Part shown: positions 8,736 through 18,086 of the stretch, piece by piece
How the letters are laid out: each line of letters begins with the position of its first letter
Numbering within the stretch: the stretch's first letter is position 1
Virus record (IMG/VR): IMGVR_UViG_3300021962_000576
Span: 1-25,870 of that record
Strand: one strand, 5' to 3'
DNA: 25,870 nt
Origin: a virus
Lineage: Duplodnaviria > Caudoviricetes
Position numbers and translations under genes: made by a program
Notes under the pieces: model-generated
What the model was told of the DNA's origin: nothing
Databases searched by the model: none
The model's input: only the letters and a program-made list of their open reading frames with translations

Positions 8736-9746
8736 ATGGCAATAAAGAAAAATGATTTCAGTTCGTTGAAGAAGAAATTTTCTACTTCAGCAAAGTACAA
8801 ACCGCAACGTTATTTTGACTTAGGTCAAGATTTTTTAGATGCGGTAGGATTACCTGGTCCTGCTATGGGACATTTAAATATGTTCTTGGGTCACTCAGAC
8901 ACAGGAAAGACAACGGCTCTTGTAAAGGCGGCAGTTTCAGCACAAAGACAAAACATTCTACCTGTGTTCATTATTACTGAACAGAAATGGAGTTTTGAAC
9001 ACGCAAAACTTATGGGTTTTGAATGTGAGGAAGTTGTTGATGAGGAAACTGGTGAAATGGATTGGGACGGATTTTTCATCTTCAATAACAACTTTTCATA
9101 TATTGAACAAATTACTGATTATATCAATCAACTTTTAGATGCTCAAGAAAAGGGTGAATTAGAATATGATTTGTTATTTTTGTGGGACTCCGTTGGTTCA
9201 GTACCATGTAAGATGACATATGAAGGTAAAGGTGGTAAACAACACAATGCAGCTGTTTTGGCGGACAAAATAGGTATGGGTATCAACCAAAGAATTTCAG
9301 GGTCTCGTAAGTCAGATTCCAAGTATGAAAATTCATTGGTTATTGTAAACCAACCTTGGGTTGAATTACCTGACAATCCATTCGGTCAACCAAAAATCAA
9401 AGCTAAAGGTGGTGAAGCAATTTGGTTGAACTCATCTTTAGTATTTTTATTTGGAAATCAAAAAGGTGCTGGTACAAATAAGATTACAGCAACTAAAGAT
9501 AAGCGTACAGTAAAATTTGCTATCAGAACTAAAGTATCCGTTCTTAAAAACCACATTAATGGTTTGGGTTATGAAGACGGACGTATCATTGTAACACCAC
9601 ATGGATTTTTAGCGGGTAAAGATGCTGCTGAAGAAAAGAAATCTATTGAAGATTACAAAAAACAAAATGCGGAGTATTGGAAAGAAATCATCGGTTCTGA
9701 AGGTGATTTCATGTTAGTAGAAGAAAAAGAGAGCGACAATCTATAA
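8736..9746 (+). CDS. recA: RecA/UvsX-family recombinase (336 aa)
   Basis: Walker A GHSDTGKTT, Walker B LLFLWDSV, IVNQ, and KGGEAIWLNSS (equivalent to RecA GGNALKFYAS). ATG 8736 is preferred over GTG 8709, which lies inside the hairpin. Confidence 0.9.
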   Translation: MAIKKNDFSSLKKKFSTSAKYKPQRYFDLGQDFLDAVGLPGPAMGHLNMFLGHSDTGKTTALVKAAVSAQRQNILPVFIITEQKWSFEHAKLMGFECEEVVDEETGEMDWDGFFIFNNNFSYIEQITDYINQLLDAQEKGELEYDLLFLWDSVGSVPCKMTYEGKGGKQHNAAVLADKIGMGINQRISGSRKSDSKYENSLVIVNQPWVELPDNPFGQPKIKAKGGEAIWLNSSLVFLFGNQKGAGTNKITATKDKRTVKFAIRTKVSVLKNHINGLGYEDGRIIVTPHGFLAGKDAAEEKKSIEDYKKQNAEYWKEIIGSEGDFMLVEEKESDNL

Positions 9747-9756
9747 AAATATTTTT

Positions 9757-10764
9757 GTGAAAACCTTATTAGTAGATGGAGATAATTTATTTAAAATCGG
9801 ATTCCATGGAGTCAAAGAACTATTCGTTAATGGAAATCATATCGGAGGAGTGTACCACTTTATCAATGCCATTAGAAAACAAGTGGACGAATTCAACTAC
9901 GACAAAGTCATCGTATTTTGGGACGGAGCAGACAACGCATCCAGTAGACGTAAATTATATCCTGACTACAAATTGAATCGTAGACAAGATATGAACGAAC
10001 ACAAGTTCGAATCATACTTGTCACAAAAGAATAGGGTAAAAGAATATTTGGAAGAATGTTTTGTACGACAAATACAAATTCAAGAATGTGAATCAGATGA
10101 CCTTATTGGATATTATTGTGTAATATCCAATGATGAAGATAAGGTCATTTTTTCTTCTGACAAAGATTATTTACAACTAATAGGTGAGAAAGTTTCTGTA
10201 TATTCGCCTATTAGTAAAGTTTGGTACAAAAAAGGTGATACAGTAAAAATTTCGGATTTTGAGTTCCCCCATTATAATATATTCACTCTAAAAGTCTTGA
10301 CTGGTGATAAGTCAGACAATATTGCTGGAATTTATTTTTTGGGAGAAAAAACATTGGTAAAACTATTTCCTGAGATACTTGACAAACCAACATCTGTTGA
10401 TGATATTTTGACCAAATCAGAACAACTTTTACAAGAAGATAAGAACAATGTCGTTTTACAAAACATACTCTCAGGAAAAACCAAAAGAGGTATATTTGGT
10501 GAGGAATTTTTTCAAATCAACAAACAAATTGTTGACCTTAGTAACCCTTTAATCACAGAAGAAGGAAAAGAATTAGTTGAACTTTATCACAAAGAATCTT
10601 TAGACCCTGAAGGTAGGGGATATAAAAATCTCATTCGTATGATGACGAATGATGGGTTTATAAAATACCTTCCAAAAAATGATGAAGCGTTTGTAAACTT
10701 CATCAGACCATTTATGAAACTTACAAGAAAAGAAAAAAGAAAATACAAAAACACAAACAATTAA
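9757..10764 (+). CDS. 5'-3' exonuclease / flap endonuclease (Pol I N-terminal domain, T4 RNase H family)
   Basis: LLVDGDNL, VIVFWDG, RRKLYPDYKLNR, ESDDLI, SSDKDYLQL and the H3TH motif GDKSDNIAGI..GEKT. GTG start. Confidence 0.92.
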   Translation: MKTLLVDGDNLFKIGFHGVKELFVNGNHIGGVYHFINAIRKQVDEFNYDKVIVFWDGADNASSRRKLYPDYKLNRRQDMNEHKFESYLSQKNRVKEYLEECFVRQIQIQECESDDLIGYYCVISNDEDKVIFSSDKDYLQLIGEKVSVYSPISKVWYKKGDTVKISDFEFPHYNIFTLKVLTGDKSDNIAGIYFLGEKTLVKLFPEILDKPTSVDDILTKSEQLLQEDKNNVVLQNILSGKTKRGIFGEEFFQINKQIVDLSNPLITEEGKELVELYHKESLDPEGRGYKNLIRMMTNDGFIKYLPKNDEAFVNFIRPFMKLTRKEKRKYKNTNN

Positions 10765-10768
10765 AATT

Positions 10769-11221
10769 ATGAAAGAACAAGATGTAACAAAAATGGAGTT
10801 TCTCATCACACTCAATGAGAACATTGTCGTACAACGTTTTTACAACGTGAAAGGGTACAATTCAGTAGCTCGTTCCTCGATGGAATTGTACGAGTATGTA
10901 AAACGATTGTGTCAAGTTTTCGAAAACGACTTAGAGATGAGAACTGTGATTTACATGTTAGAAAATCAGGATGAAATTATTGAAGACCCACAGATTTTGG
11001 AGACATCCAATACTGAAGGTCCCGAGACTTTTAATTTGCATATTAAGGTCGGTGATGAGACAATTTGTCATAGAATTTTTGACGCAAAATTGTACCCACC
11101 TAAAATAAGATACACCCTGGATATCCGTCCGCAAGTAAAAAGTATACTTCGCGATTTGACTGACATTTTTTCAGGGCAAAAATTTAATACCACATACTTG
11201 AACTACGAGTTGGCTAAGTAA
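10769..11221 (+). CDS. Hypothetical protein (150 aa) within the replication cassette
   Basis: ATG 4 nt after the exonuclease stop; tight packing; no recognisable motif. Confidence 0.8.
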   Translation: MKEQDVTKMEFLITLNENIVVQRFYNVKGYNSVARSSMELYEYVKRLCQVFENDLEMRTVIYMLENQDEIIEDPQILETSNTEGPETFNLHIKVGDETICHRIFDAKLYPPKIRYTLDIRPQVKSILRDLTDIFSGQKFNTTYLNYELAK

Positions 11222-11228
11222 TATTTAT
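11222..11228 (+). promoter_or_regulatory. TATTTAT motif upstream of the helicase
   Basis: TATTTATCAAA, identical over 11 nt to the copy at 18138; 30 nt before ATG 11259. Confidence 0.45.
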
Positions 11229-11258
11229 CAAAACAGTAATAAAATAAACGTAAGTACT

Positions 11259-12638
11259 ATGAATAAAAATTTCGAATATCTGGGACAAAAATTTCAACTA
11301 CAACTACTAAACTCACTCATCACAGATACGGAATTTGCTAATTCAATCATTGAAGTATTAGAACCAAATTATTTTGAAAGTAAGTACTTTCGTCTTATCG
11401 TAAACATGGTTAGGGAGTATTATAAGAAATACAACCACACACCAACATTTGATACCTTAGAACAACTTATTAAGGCTGAACTTGCTCAAGACATGTTGAG
11501 TAAGATTGTACTTGATACAGTCAAAGAAATCAAAGACGCACCATTTGAAGGAAATGCCTTTGTACAAGAAAAGTCATTGAAGTTCTGTAAACAACAAGAA
11601 CTTCAAAAAGTAATGAACAAAGTACAAAAGATTATTGATAATGGTGATTTTGAAAACTACGATAAAGCGGAAGAATTGGTAAGAGGTGCTCTACAAGTCG
11701 GACAACGTGATACAGGTCTTAGTGATGTTTTTTCTAACTTAGACGATGTATTGAATGACGACTTTAGACATCCAATCCCAATGGGTATACCTGGAATTGA
11801 CAACCTATTGAAAGGTGGATTAGCTAAAGGTGAAATTGGGGTTATTTTGGCACCAACAGGTGTTGGTAAAACAACAATTCTTACAAAGATTTGTAACAAT
11901 GCATTCAATCAGGGATATAATGTTTTGCAGATATTTTTTGAGGATAACCCAAAAATTGTACAAAGAAAACATTTCACTCTGTGGACTGGTATAGCACCGG
12001 ATGAATTGTCAAATTTCAAAGATGAAGTAATGGAAAAAGTCGATGAGATTAAAAACACAATGACTAATCGACTTATTTTGAGAAAACTACCCTCAGATAC
12101 TATGACGATGAGTCAAATAAAAAACCAAGTTAGAAAGTTGATTTCTGAAGGTACAAAGGTGGATATGATTCTTTTGGATTATATTGATTGTGTTGTACCT
12201 GAAAGTAACTTAGGTGATGAATGGAAAAGTGAGGGTTCCGTTATGAGAGCGTTCGAGGCTATGTGTCACGAATTGAATATTGTTGGTTGGACCGCAACTC
12301 AAGGTAACCGTTCGTCTATCTCATCTGAGGTAGTAACAACAGACCAAATGGGTGGGTCAATTAAGAAAGCTCAAGTGGGTCACGTAATTATTTCAGTGGC
12401 TAAAACACTCCAACAAAAAGAAATGAAATTGGCAACTATTGCAATAACCAAATCTCGTATTGGTAAAGATGGTGTTGTATTTGAAAACTGTAAGTTTGAT
12501 AATGAACTATTGGAAATTGATACTGAAAGTTCTGTTACCTTCTTAGGTTTTGAAGAACAACAAGAAGAAAGAAAACGAGAAAGGGTGAAAGAATTGTTGA
12601 ATAAAAGAAAAGAAAGAGAACAAAGTAAAACTGTATAA
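11259..12638 (+). CDS. dnaB: Replicative DNA helicase, DnaB/T4 gp41 (SF4) family
   Basis: GIPGIDNLLKGGL, Walker A APTGVGKTT, Walker B ILLDYID, WTATQGNR and the ITKSR arginine finger. Confidence 0.93.
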   Translation: MNKNFEYLGQKFQLQLLNSLITDTEFANSIIEVLEPNYFESKYFRLIVNMVREYYKKYNHTPTFDTLEQLIKAELAQDMLSKIVLDTVKEIKDAPFEGNAFVQEKSLKFCKQQELQKVMNKVQKIIDNGDFENYDKAEELVRGALQVGQRDTGLSDVFSNLDDVLNDDFRHPIPMGIPGIDNLLKGGLAKGEIGVILAPTGVGKTTILTKICNNAFNQGYNVLQIFFEDNPKIVQRKHFTLWTGIAPDELSNFKDEVMEKVDEIKNTMTNRLILRKLPSDTMTMSQIKNQVRKLISEGTKVDMILLDYIDCVVPESNLGDEWKSEGSVMRAFEAMCHELNIVGWTATQGNRSSISSEVVTTDQMGGSIKKAQVGHVIISVAKTLQQKEMKLATIAITKSRIGKDGVVFENCKFDNELLEIDTESSVTFLGFEEQQEERKRERVKELLNKRKEREQSKTV

Positions 12639-12658
12639 AAACTTATAAAGAAATAAAA

Positions 12659-13939
12659 ATGGAAAATATAATTAGTTTAATAGAAAACGAACCACGTTAC
12701 GTGATAAAAAGAAGTGGTGAAAGAGTTTTATTCGAATCTGAAAAGATAAAAAATGCAATTCTAAAAGCTATGGGTAGCATCGAAAAAGAAGATGAAGAAA
12801 TGGCTGAGAAGATTGCTAGACTAACTAAAAAAAGTTTATTCAGAAACAATAAAGACCGTATCCCTCATGTTGATGAAATTCATGACATGGTGGAAAATAA
12901 ACTTATGGATAATGGTTTGAATGATGTTGCTAAAGAATATATCATTTATCGTTCAAAACACCAACCAAATATCTTTACAAAAAGAGTTAACCTAAAACCT
13001 TACGAATACCCAAATTTGGTTGAGTATGTTGATGCAATTAGACACTCATACTGGGTACATACTGAGTTTAACTTTACATCTGACATTCAGGATTTCAAAG
13101 TTCATTTGAACGAAAAAGAAAAGAATGCAGTACAACGAGCAATGTTGGCTATCTCTCAAATTGAGATTGCGGTAAAAACATTTTGGGGTGACATTTATAA
13201 AAGAATGCCAAAACCTGAAATTGGAAATGTTGGTGCAACATTCGCAGAATCAGAAGTTAGACACGCAGATGCATATTCAAATCTTATCCAAGTATTGGGG
13301 TTGAATAAAGAGTTTGAAAATTTGTTAGAAGTTCCGGCAATCAGAAGAAGAATTAAGTATTTGGAAAAATCAATTACAAATTCTAAAGCTGTTGAGAATA
13401 AAGATTATTTTGAATCTGTTGTTTTATTCTCAATGTTTGTTGAAAACGTATCGTTATTCTCTCAATTCTTGGTTATTATGTCATTCAATAAACATAAGAA
13501 TATGTTGAAGGGTATTAGTAATGCGGTTGAGGCAACTTCTAAAGAAGAAAATATTCACGCAGAATTTGGATTTGATTTGGTTAATCTAATCAAAAAAGAG
13601 AATCCTGATTGGTGGACTGATGAATTAGTTGAAGATTTGATTGATGCGACTATGGAGGCTTATGATGCTGAGTCTGAAATTGTAGATTGGATATTTGAAT
13701 ATGGTGATTTAGATTTCTTGTCTAAAGAACAAACTTTAGAGTTTATTAAACACAGATTCAATCTATCTTTGAATTCAATTGGTATTGACAACATCTTTGA
13801 AATTGACCAAAAAGTGTTAGAAACAACAGAATGGTTTGATGATGAAATTTTGACAACAAAACACACCGACTTCTTCAACAAAAGAAGTATCAATTACAGT
13901 AAAAAGTCAAAATCAATTACACTTAACGATTTGTTTTAA
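12659..13939 (+). CDS. nrdB: Class I ribonucleotide reductase beta subunit with N-terminal ATP-cone (NrdBi / class Id-like)
   Basis: ATP-cone VIKRSGERVLFESEKIKNAI..VDEIHDMVENKLM..VAKEYIIYR. Ferritin-like ligand motifs QIEIAVK, ESEVRHADAY, FVENVSLFSQF, KEENIH. C-tail DFFNKRSINY. Confidence 0.95.
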   Translation: MENIISLIENEPRYVIKRSGERVLFESEKIKNAILKAMGSIEKEDEEMAEKIARLTKKSLFRNNKDRIPHVDEIHDMVENKLMDNGLNDVAKEYIIYRSKHQPNIFTKRVNLKPYEYPNLVEYVDAIRHSYWVHTEFNFTSDIQDFKVHLNEKEKNAVQRAMLAISQIEIAVKTFWGDIYKRMPKPEIGNVGATFAESEVRHADAYSNLIQVLGLNKEFENLLEVPAIRRRIKYLEKSITNSKAVENKDYFESVVLFSMFVENVSLFSQFLVIMSFNKHKNMLKGISNAVEATSKEENIHAEFGFDLVNLIKKENPDWWTDELVEDLIDATMEAYDAESEIVDWIFEYGDLDFLSKEQTLEFIKHRFNLSLNSIGIDNIFEIDQKVLETTEWFDDEILTTKHTDFFNKRSINYSKKSKSITLNDLF

Positions 13940-13966
13940 TTTACATTTTTTATTATATTTTATTTT

Positions 13967-15673
13967 ATGAACGAGAGAGAAGCATTTGACTGGATAAATG
14001 AAGAGTCAATTACATTCCTTCGCAGAGGATACTTGAGCGAAGGTGAAGAATCTATAGATAGAATTAAAACTATCGCAAATCACGCTGAAAAATTATTAGG
14101 TATTGATGGATTTGCAGATAAATTCTACGAATATATGGGTAAAGGATGGTATTCATTATCATCACCAGTATGGGCAAACTTTGGTAAAAAGAGAGGTTTA
14201 CCTGTAAGTTGTTTTGGTTCAAATATTGGTGATAATATCGAGTCAATCCTATATACCCAAGCGGAAGTTGGTGAGATGAGTAAAATGGGTGGTGGTACTT
14301 CAGGTTATTTTGGTAACATTAGAGGTAGAGGTGCTACAGTGACTGATAATGGACACGCACCGGGTTCAGTCCACTTTATGAACTTGTTCCAAAGTGTTGT
14401 AGATAATATTTCACAAGGTTCAACTCGTAGAGGTAGATTTTCACCATATCTTCCAATTGAACACCCTGATATTATGGAGTTCTTGGAAATTGGAACTGAA
14501 GGATTTCCAATTCAAGATTTGACACATGCGGTCACAGTTAGTGACCAGTTTATGGAAGAAATGATTGCTGGTGATAAAGAAAAGAGGGCTGCTTGGGCTA
14601 AGGTAATCCAACGTAGAGGTGAGATTGGTTATCCGTATATTATGTTCAGTGATACTATGAATAATAAAGCACCTGAAGTCTATCGTGACAAAGACATGAA
14701 GATTTATAATTCAAATCTTTGTTCTGAGATTGCTCTTCATAACTCTGAAGAAGAATCATTTGTTTGTGTCCTTTCATCAATGAATCTATTGTATTATGAT
14801 GAGTGGAAAGACACGGATGCTGTTGAGACTATGGTTTATTTCTTGGATGCGGTTGTTAGTGAGTTTTTAACAAAAATTGAAGACATTAGGGATAATGGAA
14901 CTTTAGAAGGACGAAGAGCGTTTTTCTATTTAGAAAAGGCTTACAATTTTGCTAAAAGACAACGAGCTTTAGGTTTGGGAGTCTTAGGGTGGCATTCATT
15001 GTTACAATCTAAAGGTTTACCTTTTGATACAAGAGAGACTGCTAGATTGAACGTTGAAGTTTTCAAACTAATCAAAGACAAGTCATATAAAGCATCGGCT
15101 GAGTTAGCGGATATGTTTGGTGAACCCGAAACTTTAGTTGGGTATGGTAGAAGAAATGTTACATTGAACGCTATTGCACCTACAACATCTTCAGCATTTA
15201 TTTTAGGACAAGTTTCACAATCAATCGAACCTATTTGGTCTAATTGTTATGTAAAAGACGTTGCTAAATTAAAAGTTACAATCAAGAACCCTGTATTGAA
15301 AAAATTATTGGGTGAATTGAAAAAAGATAATAAAACAACTTGGGACAGTATTAAGAAAAATGATGGTTCAGTACAACATTTAGATTTCTTGACCGATGAA
15401 CAAAAAGAGGTTTTCAGAACATTTGCTGAAATCAACCAAGCATCCATTATCAATATGGCTGCGGTTCGTCAGGATTTTATCGACCAAGCACAGTCATTAA
15501 ATCTTATGATTTCTCCTGATATGCCGACAAAGGATGTAAACAAACTTTTGATTGACGCATGGAAATTAGGTGTAAAAACACTTTATTATCAACACTCAAT
15601 GAACTCAGCACAGGCATTCGCTAGAAAAAAGTTGAATCTAAACGACCTTCAGTGTGTTGCCTGTGAAGGATAA
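13967..15673 (+). CDS. nrdA: Class I ribonucleotide reductase alpha subunit, short form without ATP-cone (NrdAi-like)
   Basis: LPVSCF, catalytic SNLCSEI, FVCVLSS, APTTSS, TLYY radical-transfer tyrosines and C-terminal CVAC. Confidence 0.95.
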   Translation: MNEREAFDWINEESITFLRRGYLSEGEESIDRIKTIANHAEKLLGIDGFADKFYEYMGKGWYSLSSPVWANFGKKRGLPVSCFGSNIGDNIESILYTQAEVGEMSKMGGGTSGYFGNIRGRGATVTDNGHAPGSVHFMNLFQSVVDNISQGSTRRGRFSPYLPIEHPDIMEFLEIGTEGFPIQDLTHAVTVSDQFMEEMIAGDKEKRAAWAKVIQRRGEIGYPYIMFSDTMNNKAPEVYRDKDMKIYNSNLCSEIALHNSEEESFVCVLSSMNLLYYDEWKDTDAVETMVYFLDAVVSEFLTKIEDIRDNGTLEGRRAFFYLEKAYNFAKRQRALGLGVLGWHSLLQSKGLPFDTRETARLNVEVFKLIKDKSYKASAELADMFGEPETLVGYGRRNVTLNAIAPTTSSAFILGQVSQSIEPIWSNCYVKDVAKLKVTIKNPVLKKLLGELKKDNKTTWDSIKKNDGSVQHLDFLTDEQKEVFRTFAEINQASIINMAAVRQDFIDQAQSLNLMISPDMPTKDVNKLLIDAWKLGVKTLYYQHSMNSAQAFARKKLNLNDLQCVACEG

Positions 15674-15700
15674 TTGTTGAAAATAACATTTTATGAAAAT

Positions 15701-15725
15701 AAAGAGGACTTCGGTCCTCTTTTTT
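15701..15725 (+). terminator. Rho-independent terminator ending the replication/RNR cassette
   Basis: AAAGAGGAC-TTCG-GTCCTCTTT with a C(UUCG)G tetraloop and T-run, 27 nt after the nrdA stop. Confidence 0.92.
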
Positions 15726-15750
15726 ATTTCTTATAAAAATCACCTGAGTA

Positions 15751-15757
15751 TATTTAT
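15751..15757 (+). promoter_or_regulatory. TATTTAT motif, putative late promoter of the baseplate genes
   Basis: Lies between a strong terminator and ATG 15764 (6-nt gap), where transcription is expected to restart. Confidence 0.55.
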
Positions 15758-15763
15758 GGAAGT

Positions 15764-16213
15764 ATGGCAAATGGTAAGTCTTATGGTATTCAGTTTCCTT
15801 TTGGATTACCGACAAAAGGAACTTATGTGCAAATCACAGAAACGGCTGATGCTGAAATCAGAACGGACTTAATTCATTTATTACTTACAAGAAAAGGTTC
15901 GAGATATTATTTACCTGATTTTGGTACTAGATTATATGAATATCTTTTTGAACCATTGGATGGTCCAACATTTAGTTCTATTGAGGCTGAGATTAGAGAA
16001 TCTGTTGGTAGGTATATGCCAAACTTAAAACTTACAAATATTTCGATTACAACTGCGGATGATAATGACTTGAATGCTGGTGATGTTGCTAACTCAAATA
16101 CCTTCTTAGTACCAGGACCTGGTGTTCCTGAATACACCGCAAAAATAAGAATCGACTATCAAAACACAAATAATACTTTCGCAACAAGTGACTTTGTTGT
16201 ATTAGTTTTATAA
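15764..16213 (+). CDS. Baseplate wedge / sheath initiator, gp25 (GPW_gp25) family
   Basis: GIQFPF..EIRTDLIHLLLTRKGSRYYLPDFGTRLYEYLFEP..IRESVGRYMP is the gp25 family signature. Confidence 0.92.
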   Translation: MANGKSYGIQFPFGLPTKGTYVQITETADAEIRTDLIHLLLTRKGSRYYLPDFGTRLYEYLFEPLDGPTFSSIEAEIRESVGRYMPNLKLTNISITTADDNDLNAGDVANSNTFLVPGPGVPEYTAKIRIDYQNTNNTFATSDFVVLVL

Positions 16214-16220
16214 TGACAAC

Positions 16221-16227
16221 TATTTAA
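16221..16227 (+). promoter_or_regulatory. TATTTAA variant of the motif upstream of the gp6-like gene
   Basis: AACTATTTAATATAAATG; shares AACTATTTA with the 18135-18143 copy; 5 nt before the ATG. Confidence 0.4.
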
Positions 16228-16232
16228 TATAA

Positions 16233-18086
16233 ATGGCTAATAAAAGTATTTCATACACTACAAGAGATTTTCAGGGAATCAGAAGTGAATTACAAAACTA
16301 CGTAAGAACTTATTACCCTGAATTAATCGACAACTTCAACGACGCATCAATATTTTCCGTGTTTTTGGATTTGAATGCGGCGGTAGCCGATAATTTACAT
16401 TACCATATTGATAGAAGTATCCAAGAGACAGTTCTACAATATGCACAACAAAGAGGTTCGATTTATAATATTGCAAGAACCTACGGTTTAAAAATGCCAG
16501 GTCAAAGACCATCAGTTTCTTTGGTTGATTTTTCTATTACAGTTCCTGCTAATGGTGACAAAGAAGATGAAAGATATTTGGGTGTTTTACGTAGAGGAAG
16601 TCAGGTAAATGGTGCGGGGCAAGTATTTGAAGCGGCTGATGATATCAACTTTGCGTCACCATATAATAGTCAGGGATATCCTAACCGTTTAAAAATACCT
16701 AACTTTGATTCAGGTGGTAATCTAATAAATTACACAATCACAAAACGAGAGATTGTTGTAAATGGTATTACCAAAGTATTCAAGAAAGTTATCACACCAT
16801 CAGATGTAAAACCATTCTATGAATTATTTTTACCTGAACGAAATGTGTTGGGGGTAACAAGTGTAATTCAAAAAGATGGTACTAATTATGCCAACACACC
16901 ATCACCTCAAGAATTTGTTACACTAAACAATAGATGGTTTGAGGTTGATGCTTTAGCAGAAGATAAAGTATTTGTTGAGGACCCAACAAAACCAAGTGAC
17001 CAACCAGGTATAAAGGTAGGTCGTTATGTTGATGCACCAAATAGATTTATTACTGAGTATACACCTGAAGGTTATTTCAAAATGACTTTTGGTGGTGGTA
17101 CAAATACCGCACAGGATGCCTTAGACCAATTTACAACATTAGGTGTTCCTTTGAATATACAATTATATTCTAATAATATTTCATTAGGTAATGCGTTGAA
17201 ACCAAACACAACCATATTCATTCAATATAGAGTTGGTGGTGGATTAGGTACTAACTTAGGTGTGAATGTAATCAATCAGGTTGGACAAGTATCTTTCTTT
17301 GTAAATGGACCTTCAGATAATGTTAATAATGCGGTTATCAATTCATTGAGATGTAATAACCCTGTTGCAGCAATAGGTGGGGCTAACTTGCCTACAGTTG
17401 AAGAATCAAGAAATTATGTTGGATATAATTTCTCATCACAGAAAAGAGCGGTTACAGTTAATGATTATAATAGTTTATTGAGAAATATGCCGTCCCAATT
17501 TGGTGCACCAGCTAAAGTGGCGATTACTGAAAATGATAATAAAATTAATATTCAATTATTATCTTATGATACCACAGGTAAACTAACCTCAACCGTATCT
17601 AATACATTGAAACAAAACGTTGCCAATTATTTATCAAATTATAGAATGATAAATGATTATATTTCAGTTCAAACTGCACAAGTAATTGATTTGTCATTTG
17701 AAATTTCTGTTGTATTAGATGCAACCCAAAACCAAGGCGCTATCATTAGTGATATTATTGATGTTGTAAATACTGCTTTGAACCCACTGAATAGACAGTT
17801 AGGACAAAACGTTTATATATCAGAATTGAGAAGAGATATCCAAGACCAAAATGGTGTTATATCTGTATCAGACATTTCTGTATTCAATAAGGTTGGAGGT
17901 AAATATTCATCATCTGAAACATCAATGCAATATATTGACCCACTTACTAAAAAAATTGGTCCTGTTCACGATACAATTTTTGCACAACCAAACCAAGTGT
18001 ATCAAGTAAGATTTCCTAACACTGATGTAACTGTTAGAGTACTTAATTTGTCATCAGTTACCTTTGCGGGACAAACAAATCAGTAA
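16233..18086 (+). CDS. Baseplate wedge protein, T4 gp6 / baseplate J-like
   Basis: N-terminal YTTRDFQGIRSEL..FLDL.A..DNLHYHID, IQYRVGGG and QKRAVTVNDY; directly follows gp25, as in contractile-tail gene clusters. Confidence 0.88.
   Translation: MANKSISYTTRDFQGIRSELQNYVRTYYPELIDNFNDASIFSVFLDLNAAVADNLHYHIDRSIQETVLQYAQQRGSIYNIARTYGLKMPGQRPSVSLVDFSITVPANGDKEDERYLGVLRRGSQVNGAGQVFEAADDINFASPYNSQGYPNRLKIPNFDSGGNLINYTITKREIVVNGITKVFKKVITPSDVKPFYELFLPERNVLGVTSVIQKDGTNYANTPSPQEFVTLNNRWFEVDALAEDKVFVEDPTKPSDQPGIKVGRYVDAPNRFITEYTPEGYFKMTFGGGTNTAQDALDQFTTLGVPLNIQLYSNNISLGNALKPNTTIFIQYRVGGGLGTNLGVNVINQVGQVSFFVNGPSDNVNNAVINSLRCNNPVAAIGGANLPTVEESRNYVGYNFSSQKRAVTVNDYNSLLRNMPSQFGAPAKVAITENDNKINIQLLSYDTTGKLTSTVSNTLKQNVANYLSNYRMINDYISVQTAQVIDLSFEISVVLDATQNQGAIISDIIDVVNTALNPLNRQLGQNVYISELRRDIQDQNGVISVSDISVFNKVGGKYSSSETSMQYIDPLTKKIGPVHDTIFAQPNQVYQVRFPNTDVTVRVLNLSSVTFAGQTNQ

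Noticed and set aside
13940-13966. T-rich nrdB-nrdA spacer as a terminator or NrdR box
   Set aside because: There is no stem upstream of the T-runs and no match to the palindromic NrdR-box consensus.
8736-15673. Inteins, group I introns or homing endonucleases in recA, helicase or nrdAB
   Set aside because: Protein lengths and motif spacing are normal; no intein splice-junction, LAGLIDADG or HNH motifs and no frame breaks were seen.
15764-18086. Bacterial T6SS, eCIS or tailocin locus
   Set aside because: gp25 and gp6 are interleaved with phage-type SSB, recombinase, helicase and RNR, and no T6SS membrane complex, ClpV or cellular housekeeping context is visible; a phage genome is the simpler explanation.
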